Part shown: positions 52,986-64,000 of the stretch, in pieces
How positions within the stretch are numbered: the first letter of the stretch is position 1
How the letters are laid out: each line of letters opens with the position of its first letter
Assembly (NCBI GenBank): GCA_951406725.2
Contig: OX597828.1
Coordinates: 40,548,001-40,612,000 of the forward strand
Length of the DNA: 64,000 nt
Reading direction: 5' to 3'
Origin: Octopus vulgaris
Taxonomy: Eukaryota
Notes under the pieces: model-generated
What the model saw: the letters and a program-made list of their open reading frames with translations, nothing else
What the model was told of the DNA's origin: nothing
The model's database searches: none
Position numbers and translations under genes: made by a program

Positions 52986-55238
52986 TGTTGATGCTTTTTT
53001 CTTCCTTTTTTTTCTTTCTTCGCTTATGTTTGCTTTCTTCGGTTTGGGATTTGAATTTTAATGTGGCTTTGGCTCATATGTGTTATATATATAGATATCA
53101 TCTCTGTTGGAAATAAAAGGTTGGGTTTTCTTTTCTCTCGAAAATTGCTAAGAACCCAGATTAGTTATATTCAGAAGCAGATAGTTCTACACTCCTGGAC
53201 CAACCCAACTCCCTCTCCCTAGTTCTTTTTGGATAAGCGATTTATTTACTCTCTCGACATATTATTTGTTTGCTTTTCTATGTAATAACATGGAAAAGGA
53301 GAGAGAAATTTAGTAACAGTACATTCTGTTGTTTCAACCATACAAAAAAAAACTTTGCGTGCAAAGTTTACTGATGTGTCTTAAGGTCTTTGTCGGTCGG
53401 GGTTGACCATGTAACTACACTTGGAAAGTTACTCTCTACCAGACAGATCTCAGTAGAGTTGAATGGGATGTGCGAACAGGATGGGGGGGCGGCCACTTTA
53501 AATGTGTGTTTGCTATAGTCAATAGTATGTTTCGTTTGAAGAGAAGAGGGGCTAAAATCCACCGCTACGCCACTAGCAGGCCGAGGCAAGATTTACTGGA
53601 GGAGGTCAGAGGAGATCTCTCCTGTCCTCGCCATCGACGGTATTGAAGAGAGAAACAAGCTTGATACATGTTGGCACCAAGATGCATCGCAGGCGTTGTT
53701 GCCTTTAGAATGCAGATAATTAAAAGACACCACAAGGCATCCCACTCAACGTTATAACAATTCCGTCCGTCCACTGTCCTGCACTGGTATCTTTTTTTGC
53801 TTTTTAATCGATCCCAAAAGTGTAAAAACAAAGTTAACCTCAGCGGTATTTGAACTCAGAGAATAGAAATAGAATAATAGCTGCAAGGCATTCAATCCAA
53901 ACCCTTAAGATATTGCCAATTCACCACCTCTTACTAAAAATAAAGTTATTTAGTCCACATTTAGTATTGATTGAAAAACCCATAACGAAAAGATATTCAA
54001 ACCATTATTATCCAGTCTTGTTTTCAGAAATAATGTAACCCAGACTACATTAGCTAAAAGGTCTTGTTTTAAGATGGAAGGAGATTTAGTCGTTATTTCT
54101 AGTAGGTCGATGGACCACATGGAGGTTTCCTCATGGCTTGTAAACTGTATTTACTAAGTGTTACGACACAATACGGAGAGTACATTTTTCAAATTTTATC
54201 TCAGTAAGAGAGAAGTATAACTCAATTATATTAATGCTACTTACAGTATCGATCCAGGGAAAATAACAGGCGAAGTCAACACTGATTTCAAATCACAACA
54301 TGAATTTTACAGACTGAAGATTAATTTCGTTTAAGTATTATTTTCTACAAATGTTCTCCTGCAAATTTACTGGTATCTAACGAGTCATTGAAGGAGACTA
54401 TACGTGACAATCAAACCACTAGAAATAACAGTAAAATCTCTCTCAAATGGCTGCAGTATAACGGACTTGAAAAGGAAAAACACATTGGGTAAAATAGTCC
54501 TAGGTCAGACATGGGTAACCTTTTTCGAGAAGCGGCCCGCATGGATCATGGTTTTTCATTTTTGTCAGGCGTGCCTTTCGGAAAGTTACACAAGCTGCAG
54601 GGTTACCTCATGATTGCCCTGGGCCCTAGGGTAGTTTTAGTCCCAGATCATTTTAGCAAGACTTACTTGGAAGCTAACCAATAACAATGAAAGAAATATC
54701 ACAATTTTGGCTTGAGGTGAAAAAGTCAATTTTCATTTAAATAAACAAATATTTTAAGTAGCTTTAACTGATACTATATGGCCAGATTGTAGTATTCAAT
54801 AACACCATATGTTATATAAACAGCGTTTACACGTATGTGAAACAACAATGTTTTCTTATACAATATCTTAAAACAATGAATTCTTTTTTTTTAAATCAGT
54901 CATTTATTGAAGCTTTCTTGGCATCTTTTCCTAACAATTCATTCAGCTCCATTTGTCTCATTAACACTAAATGTACGAAAAGCGTTCAGTTCTGACCCGT
55001 TTCAATTTTCACCTCCCAATTACACCCAGCAACAAAAATGGGGTAGCGGGGGAGAAAACCCCAGCAAGGTTAGGTGCAGGCATGGCTGTATGGTTAAGAA
55101 GCATACTTTTCATCCACGTGGTTTCGAGTTCAGTTCTGGGCAAGTATTTTCTACTTTAGTCCCAGGCCGACCAATGTCTCATGAGTGAATTTGGTAAATG
55201 GAAACTGTATTAAAGTCCGTTGTGTGTGTGCTCCGTAT

Positions 55239-56023
55239 GGATCTATTCTATCCCAATCACAGATTTTTTAATTCATTTTCTTTTAACTAAACAGTTTGAA
55301 ACTTCGAATACTGGTAGAATTTTTCATGTAGAACATGATTTACTTTGAACGTTTTTGACAAAATTTCGTATTAAAGTTGTTGTGTTTGGGTAATTTCAAC
55401 CAATCAACGACGTGTATTCGGTTGAAGAAAGCTACTGCTGTTTGCGATAGAAATCGAAGAGGGACAACTTCTGGGTCATCTCTACTAAATGTCACCATTC
55501 TGTTCGAAGAATCAACACCATAGAGAGCAACGAGTCCGCAGCTCACTTTTTTGTTGTTGACGTATATGTAGTTTCAAAATGCCTTATTTTACAACTATGA
55601 GATGTATCGTTATTGTCATGATTTTATCTTACTATAATCAACCACAAACACATTTCGTCAATATAAAATTCTTTATTAGATTAAAAAAAGTAACATTAGT
55701 AAAACAAAACAAATAGCTGCTTGTGACAGTGACAAGTTCGCTCGCTGGTTGCTAGTTGATAGTGTAGAAGGGAGGGAAAGAGTAAAGAATGTTGACTAGA
55801 AAGGAAGAAAGGATAAAGGTGGTTCGCTTGCTATACAAATAGAACAGAATGGTGACATTTAGGAGAGATGACCCGGAAGCTGTTCTTCTTCGATTACTAT
55901 CGCAAACAGCAGTAGCTTTCTTCAACCGAATACACATCGTTGATTGGTTGAAATTACCCAAATACGACATCTTTAACACGAAATAACTTCTAAAATACGA
56001 AATTTTGTCAAAAACGTTCAGAG
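55239..56023. mobile_element. Long-TIR (fold-back/MITE-like) element nested in a family A SINE (55073-56205)
   Basis: About 160-bp inverted arms 55343-55505 and 55842-56023; the SINE halves resume on either side. Confidence 0.75.
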
Positions 56024-57021
56024 CAAACTGCGTGTGTCCACCACTGCTTTAAAACTGACGTTGGTTTGCTTATGCCCCTGTAACCTGGCGGTTTGGCAAA
56101 AGAGACCAACGGGTTTAAAATAAAAGTACTAATGTCGATCTGTTCAGTTAAAACACTTCTAGGCAGTGATCTAGCATGGCCGCATGAAACATAAAAGATA
56201 AAAAGTTTGGGTTTTCCGTGACTTATGAATTCGAGAATTTTGAAGTTGTCCTCTACGATACATCGCATAATTTGATATTTTGTGTAGTTTTCCCAAAATC
56301 TCCACACCAACCGAGAAAGTTAGTAAAAAATATATCTAACAGTACTGTTGTTGTGAAGGTATACTGGAGCAGTGGCTGGCAAAATTGCGTGGGCGACCAG
56401 CAAACAAAGTGTCTCGTGGTTTTTAGTTTCGTTGTTTTACGATCTCATTTCAAATCCTGCCAGGATCGAATTTTCTTTTCTTCCTTCAACGAATCAATAA
56501 GTTAAGTACCACTAAAAGTAGCGAGATCGATCTAACATTCGGTGCTCTGGCCTTTTTGCCAGTGTTTAGAAATCAATATTCACGTATATTATATATGGAT
56601 GTTTATATGTTGCTTAAACTCAAGTCAGCCCCGACTGAGTAAATATATGGAAAGGCGCGCGCGTGCATATGTGTGTGTGTTATGTAATTTGAAGCTGAGA
56701 TTTCGATCTGTTATTTGAAGTTTTGACTTAGTTGAAGCAGGAACACTAAAAGTAAGCAATAATAGATTAAAACCTGCATCAAACCAACACACACATGCAC
56801 AAACTGCTTCAGGTATATAAATGTATATATAGTTACCTTCACATTATTAGTTAACGTATTAACACCTTTTCATCAGTATTTTATTTATATATAAATGTGA
56901 AATTATAATGATCTTTTAGGCGTTGACTGAAGAGGAATTAGATACGAATTTTCTGTTTGTTATGCTTTGTAAAATTTTCTGTTTGTTGTCAATTTTTAAA
57001 ACTACACACATACATACATAC

Positions 57022-57725
57022 ATTTAGTTTCATGATACTTATAGAATTTAAAGATCCACTGGAGTGTTACATATGTCACACCTCTTTCGAAGTTATCCTG
57101 GCACTGAATCAAACTGATAACAATGATTTAGACAAGTTTGGTGAAAGGACTAATGCGATATACTGGGAAACCTTGTGGGAATCTGGAATCATAAAAGGGA
57201 TTAGGAAACTGTTTTAGATGTTGATAAAATACATTTTTGCTTTTATAAATGAGTCGAGAGAAAAGACGTAGGTAGAAGTCATAAACCTGAGCAGGCTTCA
57301 CAGGCTGGTGAGATTGATATTCCCGATACTGAATCTGAACATCCAAAAATCAATGCCAGAGTAAACAAATGTGAGTGGAAAAGAAAGCAGAGGAGCAGAA
57401 TTTGGTTAGAGTGCTTGCAACTGAATTAAACTCTGATAAAGACACCTAAGGATCAGGTGAGGATAGAAACCAGGCACCAAGTGTGTGTGTATGTGTGTGT
57501 GTTCATTGTTTGAAGTTGATTCAATAAACTACACTCCTGCCCTCATAATTTAAGGCCTTATTACATTTATTGAAATATTTATTGCAATAACTGTAATTGA
57601 AAAGTTCATTTCATTCTCAGCCTTAATATTAACAGCTTTGAAAGGGAAAAGAAAAAGTGAAAGAGGTGTGACATGTGTAACACACTAGAGGATCTTTAAA
57701 GCCTCTAAGTACCATGAAACTAAAT
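57022..57725. repeat. Pair of ~67-bp inverted repeats enclosing about 570 bp
   Basis: 57022-57088 vs 57659-57725, roughly 85% complementary. Confidence 0.85.
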
Positions 57726-57989
57726 ACTGTTCTGAATGAGAATGTCTTTCAGCAATGCAGAAGCATTTGGAGAAGAAGTAAACTTTTTTTTAAAGCAAAA
57801 TATTGAACAGAGAAGCCTAGCTCAATCCCCAATCAAACAAGTGAAAAATGAAGAAATATACCAGCCTTGACCTTTTCATCTTTTTACCAAATATTATTTA
57901 ATTAGAAGAACATCATCCAATGAATCCTTTCTATTAAGATAATCGAGTGCAATTTGAGGGAGATTTGACTGCTTTTTTTCTTCTAGCAA

Positions 57990-58345
57990 ACATGGAGAGG
58001 TCCCCGCAGTCACTGATGTGGCAGAGGGTTTCCCCCTAATTGACCCCCTCCACTCATTGGCTCAGTACAGGTAACACCCATCCCACCTCCACCCATTTGG
58101 CTTGGTAGAAGTTCCTCTACTTGTTAGTTCAACAAGAGAGCTCCCTGCACTTGTCAGCTCGGCAGAGGCTCCCTTAAATCATAAGACCCCACCCCTACTT
58201 GTTGCAGAGATTCACACTACCACTCGGCAGCTCAGCAAAAGTTTCCCTTCATACTCATCAGCTCAGTAGAGACGCCCTCCTCACTGGCTTGGCAACAGCT
58301 AACCCATCATAGACTCAGTAGAAGCTCTCATTTGGCTCCAGTAAA
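57990..58345 (+). repeat. Degenerate ~30-bp minisatellite (cact(c/t)(g/a)tcagctc(a/g)gcagaggctccc-like)
   Basis: About 10 diverged units continuing from a family C copy. Confidence 0.65.
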
Positions 58346-58727
58346 GTTGGTAGTTCTTACTGGTACTATAAAAACTAAGTTATTACCTGTATTTTCATTA
58401 AGCCACACTTCCTGACCATACAGAATCAATAAAATACACTAAGAACATGAATAAAAGGTACAACACACAGCCACCATAGCATAATTTATAGATCTGGTTC
58501 TTTGTTGATGTATTTATTACTGTTATAGAGTTTCCATATAACAAATACAGTGCCAGCTTGATCTATATTATTACTTCATCTATTGTTAAAGCTATAACAT
58601 GATCCAACCAGCTTTATATGTAAATACTCTATTATTACTCATATGAAATAGTTCTTTAGATACAGTTACAGTCAGATCATCTCTTTTACTTCGAAAAGTA
58701 AAGGGACACACACACGTACATACATAC

Positions 58728-58758
<31 letters not shown>

Positions 58759-59086
58759 TCCAAGCAAATACACACGAGTAAACGCCTATCTGCAAACACA
58801 CACACACACACATACATGCATGCATGCACAAAGCACACATTGAGAAGTACAAACAGTATTTTCTTTTTTATTGACTTTGACAGACATAGAAGAGAAACGC
58901 TCATAATCTTTTTTCAACCCAGCTCAGCACCCCTATTCATCCATTCCACCCACACCGCGACTGGTGGGAACTTATCTTCAAACCAGAGACTAGGCCGAAA
59001 CATAGGCAGTTATCTTCAGACCAGAAACCTAGCACAAATGCTTGCAAACTGAGAGAACTCTGCTAAAGACACTCAAACATGCATAG

Positions 59087-59127
<41 letters not shown>

Positions 59128-59776
59128 CATATATAGCCAAACACATGCCCAGTTCACCAGGTTATGTTTCCACTGCTATTTTATTTATCTAATTACTAGA
59201 TATCAACTGCCACCCACCTAATTAACAAATATCAACCTACCTATCCATGTATTTATTTTAACAGTCATTGGTGCAGTCAAGGGTGCATGCACCCCAAAAT
59301 ATTTCCAATCTGTTAAGGGGCACCAAGCTCATATCTTGTAGTTAAGTAGGCGGCTGTTTGGGATGTTTGTAATATATATATATATATATAAAATAGGGAA
59401 CAGCTACTACTACTACTACTACTTACAGTAATTTCTTGACACACGCATTTTTGACTTGATCACATAACAATATCCAGTTTCATAGTGTTTGCTTTTTCTT
59501 TCGCATATATTATGTGTGTGTGTGTGTGTACATGTATGTGCAGACGTGTAGAAATTAGAGAAAAATATGTAGTATATGCAATTATTTGAAGCTGAGGCTT
59601 TATTCTGTTGCTACTCTAAGTTTCTTGTTACTATCGTGTGTGTGTGCTTGTGCATGGTGGGGGAGAAATACAGACACATAGATATATATATTTATATACA
59701 TTAATTAATAAATTTTAGGGTAGCAAAAAATTCTAGAAAAATTCTCCACTAATAGTCAATAGACTATGTAATATAC

Positions 59777-60002
59777 ATTCAAACATATAAGGGATGGCCG
59801 TAATAGGATATCTGACTCACTAGAAAGAGCAGCCAAACTCCAAACCACTAATAGTTGTAATTCTGAAATGGAAAGAGAAATAAAAGCAAACGTTTTTATT
59901 TCTCTTTCCATTTCAGAATTACAACTATTAGTGGTTTGGAGTTTGGCTGCTCTTTCTAGTGAGTCAGATGTCCTATTATGGCCATCCCTTATTTGTTTGA
60001 AT
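59777..60002. repeat. Inverted repeat, 109-bp arms, 8-nt loop
   Basis: 59777-59885 vs 59894-60002, about 3 mismatches. Confidence 0.95.
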
Positions 60003-60634
60003 ATATTTATATACATATACAACAAGCCTCTTATAGTTTCCAGCTACCAAATCCACTCACAAGCTTTGATTGGCTGAGGGCTATATTAAAAGACATTTTA
60101 TCCAAGGTACTATGCAGTGGGACAGGTCCCAGAACCATGCAGTTGGAAAGCAAACTTCCTACCACACAGCCATGCCTGCACCCATTTGGATTCTTTTTTT
60201 TTTTTTTTTTTCTAAGATTGCTGCATCAATAATGTTGATTTATCTCCTGCTGTACAGAGTTGGGTTAGGTCTCAGCTCTAGTTGTAACAAAGCACTTTAA
60301 CACTTCAAACATTTGAGTAATCATTGTAAAAAAGAACAGTAGCAGATCACCAAAACCTTTTCTCCTCTCTCTCTCTCTCTCTCTCTCCTTCACTCACTCA
60401 CAGATACACTCACACCTCCCTCCTAAAATCAATTATCAAGTGAGGTAAATAGCTTTAATAAATACAGGAAAAAAATATATAAATCTGAAACACGTTTTTC
60501 AATATTCTAAAAAGCACTCTTTACAAAATGAGTTAGCATATACAGGATTCGTTTCTCAGCTGTTAAGTAAAATATTTTCATTTTCTTTTTTCTCTTCACA
60601 AAATAATCTATTTACATCTGAATAAAAATATACA

Positions 60635-60676
<42 letters not shown>

Positions 60677-61412
60677 TACAGGTGAATATAGTAAAGTTCC
60701 AGTCATGTACTGAAGTCAAAGGTATCAACTTACCTCCTTCACTCAAAACTGATGGCTCTGTGCCATAATTGAAAGTAATTATTATATGGTAAGAAGGAAC
60801 TGTAGCATTACATCACTGAAGAATTAGTCATTACATTGACTTCTGATTCATGCCTAGAACCAATATCGGTTAATTCACTTTCCTGTCCTTCCTTTATCCA
60901 ACCAAACTTTAGACATTGTACAGTGACAAATCAGGTTTTAATTTTTGATATTTCTTAATGGTACATTATGAGGATATTGTAAGCGAGAAAGGTCAATCAT
61001 CTCAACCAATCCCTAATCACCAGGTATTACAGAGCTTTTGTATGGTTGCCCAAGCTGCTACACTAGAAATAGTAGCCAAATCTCCCTAGAATAACATACT
61101 ATTGTCCTATAAAGGAAAGGCACATTAGATAATGTAACCCTGGAAACTCCTAAAAAATTATGTGATGATCATGGCTAGAATGCCTTAAGCATCAAACAAC
61201 ACAGTCTTGAGTTCAATTTCAGTCAAGAGTGACAACCATGTGTATTTTAATCAAGTGAAACTAATTAATGAATTAAAATCAACAAGAGTACATGTCCTTC
61301 TTGCAAGAAGGAGGAAATTAGTTTTAATGAATACTGAACATCAAATATTTCAAGCAAATGAACTCCATCTTTTGTTTTTGTATTTGTCTTCTTTTGTGCA
61401 GCAAATGAAATG

Positions 61413-61449
<37 letters not shown>

Positions 61450-61792
61450 GGGAGAGAGACGCATACTTCTTTTCTCACCAATATGATTGCCAACTTACTG
61501 GTTAGACGTGACTAAATTCTTGTACAAGATTCCCAATTGTAAAGAAAAGAAAAATATAACTAAAAAAAGAAAAATATAAAGAAAAAAAATTGTGACAATA
61601 TTTGATGTGAACAGAGTTTACAAGTCCAAACATTGGTTTCTATTGACAGGACACAAAGTGTTGCTAATGGTGGTGGTGGAGGAGGAGGAGGAGGAGGAGG
61701 AGGAGGAGGAAGAGGAATGCTGCAATGCTAAGATCTTAGTGGCCTGAAATGCACCATAGTGACTCAAAACATTGTATACGACCCATTGCCAC

Positions 61793-61874
61793 AGTGACGT
61801 CACTCAGCACACTGCCTCATGAAGGTCACTGCTAGCTCTCACTGCACATGCAACTGTGTGCTGCCATCTGTTGG
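61793..61874. promoter_or_regulatory. Candidate regulatory element: palindromic CRE (agTGACGTCAct) plus a CTCF-like core
   Basis: 12-bp palindrome at 61793-61804; minus strand CCAACAGATGGCAGC at 61860-61874. Confidence 0.35.
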
Positions 61875-62124
61875 TGCACTACAGAACTAGTCCAGAAACT
61901 TTTTTTTGATACCACCTCATAGAAGCTTCATTTTGCTATATACATCCTTAGGCCGTCTACATTATGACTAGATGTTCTATATAGCATTATGGATGTTCAA
62001 CTATAGCATTCCAAAAAAAACTCTGCTTCAGTGATGATGACTTATAAAGTTATGATCATTATTATCATCACCATCATAGTAAAAAAAAATCAATTGTAAC
62101 AGTAATATTGACATGGACTGGCAG

Positions 62125-62308
62125 TCATCATCATTATCATCATCATCGTTTAACGTCCGTTTTCCATGCTGGCATGGGTTAGACGGTTCGACTGGGGTCT
62201 GGGAAGCCAGGAGGCTGCACCAGACTCCAGTCTGATCTAGCAATGTTTCTACAGCTGGATGCCCTTCCTAATGCCAACCACTCTGAAAGTATAGTGGGGG
62301 CTTTTTAT
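62125..62308 (-). mobile_element. Family R (RTE-tail) element
   Basis: (cat)n-cgtttaacgtccgttttccatgctggcatggg... Confidence 0.85.
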
Positions 62309-64000
62309 CGCTAAAGTGTCAGAGAAAATGTCCTGTAGTAAAAGGTTCTGAGTTCAAATCCTACCAAAGTTGACTTTGCTTTTCATCCTTCAGAAGTCAA
62401 TAAGGTAAAGTACCAGTGAAGTACTGGGATTGAATTAATTGACTAACCTATCTCGAAACTGCTGATCTTGTGTCTAAATTAAGTAGTAGTAGTAGTATGG
62501 GAGGCATGTGCTGTAACACTATGTCGCTGCATCCACCAGTTATAAGTGATTCCTTACTTCTAGTGGAAGACACCCTCCAACTCATGGGTTTGTTTGGTTA
62601 GTCATTGCTGGTGAGGGTTTTACAAGGTCAAAGTACAAATCCTACCTCAACCTCTTTTAGTCATCTTTTACATCACACAGAGGAAACATCAGGTCTATTC
62701 TTTGGCATGCCAGTCCCCTCACAGCTCTAAAGCAGCATGAAAGGAAGTGTTCTGCTCAAGAACACAACATGCTGCCTGAACCAGGATTTGAACACACAAT
62801 CTGGTGATCATGAGGGAAACTCAAAAAAGTTTTTCTCGTTACTATGGTGGTTTTTTGGAAAATAAATTAAAACAAAACTCTGATAGAAGGTTTTCAAACC
62901 AGGGGCTGTCTTGGGCAGGTCAGTATCAGAAAGGTTAAACTCCATGAACTGCTGTTTGGGGCTTATAACATAAGAACCAAGTTTATTTCTGTCAGACTAT
63001 AAAAAAGACACTGCAAACAAGAGATATGAACTATCTCAGTCAAATGAATGCCATGACAAGAAGAAATATTTTGAAAAAGAAACACTCAACAACTAAATTT
63101 TTAAACAGCTGTTACATTGTTAGTTAACCTCAGGAGGTCAATTCTGATTAATCAGACATATGACAGAAAGTGTTCCAGGAGTGACCATTCTAGATATATT
63201 ACCCGACGCTATTACTTAATGTAATGTGAAAAAAGATAACTTTGATCAGAGCATATACAGACGTATCTCAACTTACATTGGTTACTAGTTCCAAAATATG
63301 TGGCTTAACTTGAAAAATGACATGACCCGAAAAATCATTTGGAAAAATGTATTAGCTTATATCTTAATAATGGTTTGTACATATTTTCATATGCACTTTA
63401 TTTGATTTCTATTTCAGTATTGGCTTTTAAGTGGGGGGTTTTTTTCTAGTTTTTATGCTTTTAGATATGTTTGCTTAGACCAACATAAAGTTAAATAAAT
63501 CGACTGAAGTTGAGGCTTATATCAGCATTAATTTCTTGAAAGAAAAATGACATAAGGTCACAAAAGATGAATCTTGAAATGACATAAGTTGAGGTGTGCC
63601 TAAACTTACCCTGGGAGGAATTGTTATCAGAATTGAAAGCTAAAGACACAGTCACAACTCAACACCTAACTAATGGCAAAAACTAACTTTCTATCATTCT
63701 AAGAACAATGGCAAGAATTTCTATTGACTGATACTACACTCCTTCAATGATGACAATGATGATGATGGTGGTGGTGAATGTGACAACACCAGTTTAACAG
63801 CCATTCTTTCTTGCAAACAGTTAAGTCAAGTTAACTAGTCCCATCCACTGTGCAATCAAATACACCAATTATATTTTTGAAATATTTCTTGATCCAGAAC
63901 AAGTTAGGGTGACATAATTAGAATAGAGTACCATTCTAATTTGGGGTGGGGTGAAACAAAGCTCGCCCTTAATGAGGTAACAGTTTAGTAATCTTTTTAC

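Noticed and set aside
59756-60077. Two opposite ORFs sharing the peptide FISLSISELQLLVVWSLAALSSESD
   Set aside because: Consequence of the 109-bp inverted repeat.

Overview
AT-rich, repeat-dense animal genomic DNA. No long ORFs; almost all entries in the ORF track are translations of microsatellites or SINEs. The tRNA-derived SINE families and (TA)n/(CA)n/(AAT)n/(CAT)n tracts suggest an octopus-type cephalopod (inference). The window is mostly intronic or intergenic. Two or three short, phase-compatible minus-strand exon candidates (20050-20093, 8372-8432, 1-138) encode an ARM-repeat-like peptide. It also holds several SINE families, piggyBac-, hAT- and mariner-type MITEs, and relics of RTE, CRE-clade and Penelope-like retroelements. 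Most notable: minimal hammerhead-ribozyme-like motifs in (TA)n-anchored or tRNA-headed elements, several long near-perfect inverted repeats, and a CpG-retaining domain at about 50-57 kb. All calls were made by eye, and repeat boundaries are approximate unless TSDs are cited.
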